Shown here in pieces: positions 6,975 through 13,203 of a DNA stretch of 58,566 bases. Made by a program: the position numbers and the translations under genes. The DNA is from a virus (Duplodnaviria > Caudoviricetes), in IMG/VR virus record IMGVR_UViG_3300016476_000297, positions 1 through 58,566 of that record. One strand, written 5' to 3'. A model generated the notes under the pieces. It was given only the letters and a program-made list of their open reading frames with translations. It ran no database searches and had not been told where the DNA came from. Every line of letters starts with the position of its first letter. The stretch's first letter is position 1.

Positions 6975-7268
6975 CTAGCTGCACAACCTCTCGACCAGAT
7001 CTTTTGCCTCGCGCAGTGCCAGACGCGGAGTGAAGCAATCGCGCAACAGTTTGATTGCTCCAATCTTGTTTCCTTCCTGAACCAGACACCTGACGTTGTC
7101 CAAGTCGGCAGCGCAGCGGTTGGTATCGTATTCCGTCCGTCCGCTGTCGGGAACCGCCTCACCAGCCAGCCTCGCAGCTTCAAGAAGAGTGTGTGCAATG
7201 TGAAGATTACCGTAGGCATCTTCAATGACGAACCCGTTCTGGGCAACTTTGATATTTTCGAGCCGCAT
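6975..7268 (-). CDS. protein with C-terminal ribosomal bL12 (L7/L12) CTD-like motif
   Basis: GNKIGAIKLLRD....LALREAKDLVE; AAAGGAGA RBS; promoter TTGCAT-17-TATAAA at 7293-7321. Confidence 0.65.
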   Translation of the reverse strand: MRLENIKVAQNGFVIEDAYGNLHIAHTLLEAARLAGEAVPDSGRTEYDTNRCAADLDNVRCLVQEGNKIGAIKLLRDCFTPRLALREAKDLVERLCS

Positions 7269-7340
7269 AGTAATCTCCTTTGCTGTTAATTATTTATATC
7301 TGATTCGCAAGCGTCATGCAAGCCTGAAATATGTGTTAGT

Positions 7341-7388
7341 TGTCAAAGGGTTAGCACGCAGGGCGCCCAGACCCGTAACCTGTTGATT
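7341..7388. repeat. 48-bp dyad element copy 13
   Basis: tgtcaaagggttagc-acgcag-ggcgcc-cagacc-cgtaacctgttgatt. Confidence 0.9.
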
Positions 7389-7533
7389 TTGCACGAAAAT
7401 CTTACCTAAAATTCACACCTAAATCGCACCTACTTCCCACCGGCGCAGGCTCCGCCTGCGCTTATGATACTACGTATCAAGCGATTCGTCAAGGCCAAAA
7501 ATGAACTGGTCGAAAAGGAACTAGGCAAGCGGC

Positions 7534-7881
7534 TCACTTGAGCCGCTTGAGGGTCTTGGCAACCGAACCTTCCTTGATGCCGACAGTGAAGGCCACGCGG
7601 ACGATTTTTTGATTGACAGCCCAAACCGACTCTGCGACCGATTCGCTACGCATGGCAAATTCCCAAGCCGTTTTATCACTTTTCGCTTTGTTACAAGCGC
7701 CGCACAGGCATTGCAGGTTTTCCACAGTGGCCTTGCCGCCGTCCGACTCGGGGTGGATGTGGTCGCATTCCAGCGCGAAGGCATAGTTTTCCGAACCGCC
7801 GAACCCGCACGCGCGGCAGGTGAACGAGTCGCGGGCCAGAACCTTCGCGCGAACCGTGTCCGAGATCTTTGCCTTTGCCAT
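7534..7881 (-). CDS. HNH endonuclease
   Basis: Start reassigned to MAKAKIS (AAAGGAGA RBS; promoter TTGACA-17-TATAAA at 7910-7938); RD..TC..CG...DHIHP...GG....NLQ.LC..CN..K. Confidence 0.85.
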   Translation of the reverse strand: MAKAKISDTVRAKVLARDSFTCRACGFGGSENYAFALECDHIHPESDGGKATVENLQCLCGACNKAKSDKTAWEFAMRSESVAESVWAVNQKIVRVAFTVGIKEGSVAKTLKRLK

Positions 7882-7971
7882 CGCCCGTCTCCTTTGCTTC
7901 GGTGATTCTTTTATACGCCGATTCGCCCGACCTGTCAACGATAACATTTTGTGTTTCAGTGCCGATTTCCC

Positions 7972-8000
7972 TTGACAAGTTTGAGGCCGAATCGTATAAT
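7972..8000 (+). promoter_or_regulatory. plus-strand (antisense) sigma70 promoter, type-B element 1
   Basis: TTGACA-17-TATAAT with CGAATCG, followed by CGGCGCC and hairpin GGTGTGGC/GCCACACC. Confidence 0.7.
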
Positions 8001-8038
8001 CGGCGCCAGGTGTGGCTGATTCGCCACACCCTCGCTTT

Positions 8039-8284
8039 TTATGCGGCCGCAAGGATTCCGACCTTGACAGCCCACGCATCGTCGATAACCAGAACCGTCG
8101 GGACGCCGACTCGCTCACCGTCCTGTGCAGTGGCGATGACCACGCTAGCGCGGTCCTGCTCATGACGGACAAGGATCTTGGCCTTGGGAACCCACAGCGG
8201 CTTGACGCCCGCCTTAACGTCGCGACGCGCGACAAAGGCAACAGCGGCTTCAGTTTCGCGGACGATGTAACCTGTGGTCTGCAT
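8039..8284 (-). CDS. hypothetical protein, paralog of 10079-10324
   Basis: TGYIVR.T.AAVAFV....AGV.P.W.P..K...TAQDGERVG.P; AAGGAGA RBS; promoter TTGCGA-17-GATAAA at 8314-8342. Confidence 0.8.
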   Translation of the reverse strand: MQTTGYIVRETEAAVAFVARRDVKAGVKPLWVPKAKILVRHEQDRASVVIATAQDGERVGVPTVLVIDDAWAVKVGILAAA

Positions 8285-8386
8285 CTGGGTCTCTCCTTGT
8301 TTCCCGATGATTCTTTATCGCATGTCCCGCAGCGATTCGCAAGGACTATCATGCTATCAAGTTTTATTTCAGCGTGCCGATTTCGC

Positions 8387-8415
8387 TTGACAAGAATCGG
8401 GCGGCGTTGTAAAAT
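8387..8415 (+). promoter_or_regulatory. plus-strand sigma70 promoter, type-B element 2
   Basis: TTGACA-17-TAAAAT followed by CGGCGCGTGATTCGG. Confidence 0.65.
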
Positions 8416-8433
8416 CGGCGCGTGATTCGGCCC

Positions 8434-8562
8434 TTAGCGGGCCTTCACTTTCTGAAGCTGAAGAGCGAGGCGATACATCGCCGTGCGAAGATCTCGAGGC
8501 ATCGAACCGAGCGGCCCGAGCGGGCGACCGAGGCGGAGTTCGAGGATCTGGCGAGCGGTCAT
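8434..8562 (-). CDS. 42-aa basic hypothetical protein
   Basis: AAGGAGG RBS before MTARQIL; promoter TTGCGA-17-GATAAA at 8597-8625. Confidence 0.65.
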   Translation of the reverse strand: MTARQILELRLGRPLGPLGSMPRDLRTAMYRLALQLQKVKAR

Positions 8563-8668
8563 GGGAACCTCCTTGGCTATCCCGTTTCGATGATTCTTTA
8601 TCGCACGTCCTATCGTGATTCGCAAGACCTTTCTAAGATAACATTTTATATTTCAGTGTCGATTTCGC

Positions 8669-8696
8669 TTGACGCGAATCCTGCTTAGTGTATAAT
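8669..8696 (+). promoter_or_regulatory. plus-strand sigma70 promoter, type-B element 3
   Basis: TTGACG-16-TATAAT followed by AGGCGCGTGATTCGGGC and hairpin GATTCGGGC/GCCCGAATC. Confidence 0.6.
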
Positions 8697-8728
8697 AGGC
8701 GCGTGATTCGGGCTAGCGCCCGAATCTG

Positions 8729-8947
8729 TTACGCGTAGATCCGCGCAATCCGCTCGCGCAGCATGGATTCGTTCCACGCATCCCACAGTTGATTCACGCG
8801 CTCGCTGTGCTGTGCATAGGCGGCTTGCAAGCCCGCCAGCACCAGCGGCTTGGCGTTGCGCGCACGCGCGCGAGTCAGCCTCTCAAACGCCCGCTCGGCA
8901 GTGACAACGGCTGCAATCATCTCGCGAAGGGTTTCATGGGTGTGCAT
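8729..8947 (-). CDS. small helical hypothetical protein
   Basis: AAAGGAGA RBS; promoter TTGACT-17-TAAGGT at 8972-9000. Confidence 0.75.
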   Translation of the reverse strand: MHTHETLREMIAAVVTAERAFERLTRARARNAKPLVLAGLQAAYAQHSERVNQLWDAWNESMLRERIARIYA

Positions 8948-9019
8948 AGCAATCTCCTTTGCTCATGCTTAACCTTAGGTCGATTCGTCTCGGCAGTCAA
9001 GCACTGAAATGTATAGTAG

Positions 9020-9067
9020 TTTCAGTAGGTTAGCTCCTGGGGCGCCACCCCTGCTAACCTATTGATT
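9020..9067. repeat. 48-bp dyad element copy 14
   Basis: tttcagtaggttagc-tcctgg-ggcgcc-acccct-gctaacctattgatt. Confidence 0.9.
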
Positions 9068-9084
9068 ATGCAGGGTTTTTTCTG

Positions 9085-9276
9085 TCACTCGGTGGAGTGG
9101 TCCATCTCGCAAGTCAGAGCGAAGTCATTGACATCAAACGTATTTTCCAGTAGAGCTTGTTGCTCCTCGATTCGCACCGCGCAATCCTCGGCGGTCATGT
9201 CGTAGTCCACAACATATGCGAGATCCGGCGTGTCAGCGCCAAACAGAGTCAGAACGAGGATGAACGTTGCGGCCAT
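9085..9276 (-). CDS. small hypothetical protein (hydrophobic N-terminus, two Cys)
   Basis: GGAG RBS; 63 aa. Confidence 0.7.
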   Translation of the reverse strand: MAATFILVLTLFGADTPDLAYVVDYDMTAEDCAVRIEEQQALLENTFDVNDFALTCEMDHSTE

Positions 9277-9294
9277 TTGATTACTCCAGGTTGA

Positions 9295-9471
9295 TTATTT
9301 CAGGGTCACGCGGATAGGTTCGGCAGGAGGATTGACAAGGTATCCCGATTCGTCAATGCCCCAAGCCGCCCTGTCATTCACTGTTACCACCTCAGCACTA
9401 CCAGAGTCAAGCAAGATCCAGCCCGACGCGATGGCGATGGCGGCAGCGGCTAGGAAGATTACTACTTTCAT
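9295..9471 (-). CDS. 58-aa signal-anchored/membrane protein, absent from ORF track
   Basis: MKVVIFLAAAAIAIASGWILLDSGSAEVVTVNDRAAWGIDESGYLVNPPAEPIRVTLK; GGAG RBS. Confidence 0.6.
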   Translation of the reverse strand: MKVVIFLAAAAIAIASGWILLDSGSAEVVTVNDRAAWGIDESGYLVNPPAEPIRVTLK

Positions 9472-9528
9472 TTTTCAACTCCAGCGTGTTCGGTTTTTAA
9501 CTTCGGTTTTAGACTAGGCGGCTGGCGG

Positions 9529-9807
9529 TCAATCGACCGCCGTCGCCCCATACTCCAGCGCGTCCGCGTGGCTCCACCCCATCGCCCGCGCGGCGTGATA
9601 CGCGCCGATCATGGTTTCGTGACGCGACTCCGACTTGCGCGACTCGCGCACCGAGTCCGCCGCCGCGCGCTTGCCCTCGCGCATCGCGGCGTAGATCGTC
9701 CGGTCGGACTCAATCGCGCGCTTGCCCGCGTCAACGCGCGTGACCTGCCCGCCCTTAGCCGCGAACGCTGCTTTCATCGCTTCCAGATCCATCGCCACTT
9801 TCGCCAT
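9529..9807 (-). CDS. hypothetical protein
   Basis: GGGAGA RBS before MAKVAMD; AF.AKGG.V motif. Confidence 0.7.
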   Translation of the reverse strand: MAKVAMDLEAMKAAFAAKGGQVTRVDAGKRAIESDRTIYAAMREGKRAAADSVRESRKSESRHETMIGAYHAARAMGWSHADALEYGATAVD

Positions 9808-9919
9808 CGCCGGTCTCCCGATTCGCGGGGCAAGCCCTGCGCCGCCCCTATGCCTCGACAATGCCCCATTCGACCGGACTAGTCAACCATCAAGTTTTGT
9901 TTCAGGACCGCATTTGCTA

Positions 9920-9948
9920 TTGACACGGGCGAAAACTCGTGGTAGAAT
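9920..9948 (+). promoter_or_regulatory. plus-strand sigma70 promoter, type-B element 4
   Basis: TTGACA-17-TAGAAT followed by CGGCGCCTGATTCGG; faces a minus-strand promoter TTGACA-18-TATAAT at ~9990-10019. Confidence 0.65.
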
Positions 9949-10032
9949 CGGCGCCTGATTCGGCGAATCGCCCAGTCGGCGCCTGCCCCATTATAACATG
10001 GCGAATCGGGCCATGTCAATCCCCCTAAACAG

Positions 10033-10058
10033 AAAAAACCCCATCCTTTCGGATGGGG
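10033..10058 (-). terminator. Rho-independent terminator
   Basis: CCCCATCC-GAAA-GGATGGGG-TTTTTT on minus strand just after gene 10079-10324. Confidence 0.85.
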
Positions 10059-10078
10059 CTGGATTCGAGGCGTGGCCG

Positions 10079-10324
10079 TTAGGCCAGCACGCCAATCCGG
10101 TCGAGGAAAGCCGACTCAACCTCGACGGTAGCAGGGATGCCGACACGCTCGCCATCTTGCGCCGTGACAATCCGGCGGCCCATGCAATCGGCCTCGCGCA
10201 CGCGGCCCAATTTCTTGCGGGGGATCCAAATCGGGCGCACGCCCGACACGCCCGCATCCGCCTCGCGCACGAAAGCAACGGCGGCGTCGGTGGAACGAAC
10301 GATATATCCGGTCAGGTTCAGCAT
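10079..10324 (-). CDS. hypothetical protein, paralog of 8039-8284
   Basis: 81 aa from MLNLTGY (GGAGA RBS); same length and motifs as 8039-8284. Confidence 0.8.
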   Translation of the reverse strand: MLNLTGYIVRSTDAAVAFVREADAGVSGVRPIWIPRKKLGRVREADCMGRRIVTAQDGERVGIPATVEVESAFLDRIGVLA

Positions 10325-10476
10325 GGCGGGTCTCCGATTCGCGGGGCAGGCACCTTGCCGCCCCCTCACGAATCAAGATACGGGATTCCGCTTGGCGATG
10401 CAAGCGGAATCTTTTGCTTGCACGCCTCGGCATTGCAAGGTATAAAGAATCAACGGCAACGAAAGGAACCCGAATC

Positions 10477-10821
10477 ATGGCCACCAAGTCCCGCATCCCC
10501 GCCTCCATCCGCGCCCACGTCATGGCCACGTTCGCGGGCTGCGTCGCTTGCGGATCGCGCGAAGCGAATCATTGCGGGCATATCGTCCCCGAGTCGAAAG
10601 GCGGCGCAATGGTCAAGGAAAATTTCGTGCGCCTCTGCGAATCGTGCAACACGACTCAAGGCGCTGTCCATGTCAAGTTCAAAGCGTTCGCTGAGCCCGT
10701 TTCGCTCGACGCCACCTACGGCGAGGCGCTGGCGACGATCCAGACGAATCGGGCTTACTGGGCGCGCTACTGCTCGGCGGCTCGCGGCAATGTCAAGCTG
10801 AATCCTTACGACCCCCGCTAA
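10477..10821 (+). CDS. HNH-like protein, paralog of 7534-7881
   Basis: CVACG...CGHIVPESKGG....NFVRLCESCN; AAAGGAA RBS; promoter TTGCAC-17-TATAAA at 10418-10446. Confidence 0.75.
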   Translation: MATKSRIPASIRAHVMATFAGCVACGSREANHCGHIVPESKGGAMVKENFVRLCESCNTTQGAVHVKFKAFAEPVSLDATYGEALATIQTNRAYWARYCSAARGNVKLNPYDPR

Positions 10822-10848
10822 TGGCGGGGGCTGCTATACTAAGGTATG

Positions 10849-10881
10849 GGGCAGATACCTAGGCGGATACCTAGGCGGATA
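10849..10881. repeat. short tandem repeat, 12-bp unit GGC(A/G)GATACCTA, ~2.7 copies
   Basis: ggcagatacctaggcggatacctaggcggata. Confidence 0.7.
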
Positions 10882-11150
10882 GTGTGGCAGTTATGCCACG
10901 CGACGCCAAAAATTATCTGCTTGACACCCTAGGGCGGTTCTTAGGACTTGGTGATTCGGTGATTCGCGGGGCACTTCTCCAGGAAAATTATCAGGTATTT
11001 TTAGGACTTCGCTTTGGATTTGTTGCGTCAGAATCTGACGAAGAAGTGACACAAGAAATTTTAGGAATAACCAAGCACCCTGCGCAACTTCGTTGCAACC
11101 TGTTGTTGTTAGTTTGCCTACGTCACTTCGTGACTGCGATCGATCATCGG

Positions 11151-11226
11151 TCTCACCTTTTCTCAATCGTCTCACACCCACTCACATTGTCTCACCGATC
11201 TCTCACTTCGCTCACGCTCTCTCACT
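11151..11226. repeat. helically phased CTCAC repeats (8 copies, ~10-bp period)
   Basis: CTCA starts at 11152, 11162, 11171, 11181, 11191, 11202, 11211, 11221. Confidence 0.85.
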
Positions 11227-11256
11227 AGGTGTCAAGAGGATTTTAAAAATATTTGT

Positions 11257-11285
11257 TTGACTTCACACTCAGTTCATCATATAAT
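11257..11285 (+). promoter_or_regulatory. sigma70-type promoter opening the virion module
   Basis: TTGACT-17-TATAAT, ATG 6 nt downstream. Confidence 0.75.
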
Positions 11286-11291
11286 CAATGT

Positions 11292-11729
11292 ATGAACAGA
11301 CGCCAATCTCAACTAAAAATCATCGAAGCGCTAAAGCAAATTGACGGTCGCACGAGTCCGTGGAACCCCTCATACACATTCAATGTTGATGTACATGAAA
11401 CAGTGCTCGACCATGATGAGTTCATTGAGAACGTAAACTCGTTTCCGTGTGTGATGGTAACTGTGACTGACACGATGATTCGTCACATCGGCGGCGGAGA
11501 GCGTTATGTGGTTAGCTCGTTTCGAATCCGAGGAATCACTTGGGATGAGCGAACCGAGGAAGCTGAAGAGCTCCTAGCTGATGACATAGAACACGTTATC
11601 TCACATATGCGATCCGCTGAACCTGAGTTTGACGAAATCAGAATTGACACTGTTCAAACAGATGAAGGACTTAACGCACCGTTGGGGGCTGTCGTTGTCC
11701 AAGGAACCATGGTGTATAGACATGACTAA
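11292..11729 (+). CDS. tail terminator/completion-like protein, paralog of 35707-36156
   Basis: RR..I...L.QI.G..SP....Y.F..D.H......D..N.FP and DIEHV motifs shared with 35707-36156. Confidence 0.6.
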   Translation: MNRRQSQLKIIEALKQIDGRTSPWNPSYTFNVDVHETVLDHDEFIENVNSFPCVMVTVTDTMIRHIGGGERYVVSSFRIRGITWDERTEEAEELLADDIEHVISHMRSAEPEFDEIRIDTVQTDEGLNAPLGAVVVQGTMVYRHD

Positions 11730-12165
11730 TATTACAACCTACTCAGACAACCTGAACTCTTCACTTGATGCTCCAGAGTTAGATCCTCAGCATCTTCTAG
11801 TAGCTAACGAGCTGCTGGCCGGTAAAACAATTCCACAAATCGCTGATGCGTTTAACATTTCAGCTGATCGCGTAACCGCGATTGTAGAACGTTCGGATAC
11901 CAAGCGATATGTGGATACTGTTATCATGAATCAGGGATATCTACACCGTTCGCGTCGTCTCTCGATCATCAATAAAGTTATCGACGAAAAACTTCAAGAG
12001 GCTGCTGACACCGGCATGTACTCTAAAAAAGACTTATTCGACTGGATCAAGCTGCTCAACGATATGGATCGTGATGCTCGTCCTAAACAGCCTACAACTG
12101 CTGTTCAGGTTAACAACACTACCAACTATACTACCTTAATGCAAGATCTATTCAAGGGGAACTAA
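11722..12165 (+). CDS. terS: terminase small subunit (T5-type)
   Basis: N-terminal HTH, K.Y.D......GY..R.R....I..VIDEKL.E...TGM.S.KD, VQVNN..NY..L pattern as in recalled T5 TerS; ATG overlaps upstream gene end. Confidence 0.7.
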   Translation: MTNITTYSDNLNSSLDAPELDPQHLLVANELLAGKTIPQIADAFNISADRVTAIVERSDTKRYVDTVIMNQGYLHRSRRLSIINKVIDEKLQEAADTGMYSKKDLFDWIKLLNDMDRDARPKQPTTAVQVNNTTNYTTLMQDLFKGN

Positions 12166-12166
12166 T

Positions 12167-12547
12167 ATGGCAGCAGGACGTTACGACATCACTCTAGAAC
12201 AGGGAGCTACATTTGACCTTCCTCTTCGTTACCGCGCTCCTAGTGGAACTCCAGTTGACCTGACCGGATACTCAGCCAAGATGCAGGTTCGCGAAGCTCC
12301 TGCCTCTTCGGTGTTCGTAGAGTTTAACTCTGCACTTACGGCCAATGGATTCATCTGGTTAACTGGCTCGGCTGAGAACCGTGAAGACGGAGCTAACGGG
12401 AACCTTAGAATTTTCATGACTGCTGCTAACTCAGCTGCTCTGCCTCGTTTTTCTGGTCGTTATGATCTAGAGCTTCGTGACAGTGCCGGCTATGTGACCC
12501 GCCTGCTTGAAGGTCAGTTTCGTGTAGAACCAGAGATAACTAGATGA
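12167..12547 (+). CDS. virion-associated Ig-like protein (fibre attachment type)
   Basis: EQGATF, PVDLTGYSAKMQVR, YDLEL, RLLEG.F.V.PEITR pattern typical of genes preceding fibre genes. Confidence 0.6.
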   Translation: MAAGRYDITLEQGATFDLPLRYRAPSGTPVDLTGYSAKMQVREAPASSVFVEFNSALTANGFIWLTGSAENREDGANGNLRIFMTAANSAALPRFSGRYDLELRDSAGYVTRLLEGQFRVEPEITR

Positions 12548-13191
12548 ATGATGTAGTCACAAATCCTATCCAGATGGTGGTCGAGGTTAATACCACCAAC
12601 CCAACCACCGTAACTGTGGAACGTCCGCAAGCCACTGTAGTGGCTGTGGCTGAACAAGGCCCTCGTGGACCTGCTGGTGAGAGCGGCACTGCTAACTCAT
12701 TCATCGTGGCTGGCGATGGCCTGGACGGTGGTGGGGCTCTATCCTCAAACGTAACCTTATCAGTAGACACAACAGTAGCTCGTGTTGGCGGAGTTTTATG
12801 GCTAGATTACGCAAATGCTCGTGTAGGCATAAACCAGCTGGACCCTAAGATTGACCTACACATCGGCGATGCGGGGCTGGGTTCATACTCAGCTAACCTC
12901 ACTAACGGAACTCCAAATCAAATTGTAGACCAGTGGTCAGCTCTTGCGTTTCGTTCTGCTAAGTATCAAATACAGCTATACGCCCCTTCAGTTGACGAGT
13001 ATGAGATAAGTGAGCTGTTCATAGTTCACAACGGCGGTGAAGCATTTCTCACAGAGTATGCTATAGTTAATCAAGGTGTTCGACTAGCGCAGTATAGCGC
13101 ATCAATATTCAACGATACAGTTAGACTTCTATGCAGTCCGACATACGGAACCAGCTCGGTTAAGGTGTTTAGAACTGTTATCGCGACATAA
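12544..13191 (+). CDS. fibre-associated structural protein
   Basis: Short collagen-like QGPRGPAG, AGDGL.GGG.L motif, C-terminal FRSAKY.IQ...E...HNG....TEYA domain shared with next gene. Confidence 0.6.
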   Translation: MNDVVTNPIQMVVEVNTTNPTTVTVERPQATVVAVAEQGPRGPAGESGTANSFIVAGDGLDGGGALSSNVTLSVDTTVARVGGVLWLDYANARVGINQLDPKIDLHIGDAGLGSYSANLTNGTPNQIVDQWSALAFRSAKYQIQLYAPSVDEYEISELFIVHNGGEAFLTEYAIVNQGVRLAQYSASIFNDTVRLLCSPTYGTSSVKVFRTVIAT

Positions 13192-13203
13192 AGGAAAACA
13201 AAA

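Noticed and set aside
181-9067. CRISPR array interpretation of the 14 repeats
   Set aside because: Intervals are hundreds of bases to >1 kb and contain genes; repeats are degenerate; no cas genes
181-9067. Classical integron attC cassettes
   Set aside because: GTT..AAC order is opposite to attC (RYYYAAC..GTTRRRY), cassettes have their own promoters, and no intI is in the window
181-9067. dif/XerCD sites or CtrA boxes
   Set aside because: Geometry does not fit 11-6-11 dif sites or TTAA-N7-TTAA; arms fit the IHF consensus better
665-10801. Plus-strand and alternative-frame ORFs in the early region (e.g. 665-976, 2501-2977, 5174-5710, 6888-7289, 9998-10801) and the long N-terminal extension of 7534-8352
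   Set aside because: They shadow better-supported genes that have promoters, RBS and motifs; typical GC-rich antisense ORFs
10884-11228. ORFs 10884-11228 (+) and 10891-11181 (-)
   Set aside because: Low-complexity repeat junction with no RBS or recognisable motifs
10800-11300. Chimeric assembly or prophage-host boundary at the GC shift
   Set aside because: Both sides carry T5-like genes (A2-like left, TerS/portal/tube right) in the expected arrangement and there are no host genes or integrase; read mapping would confirm
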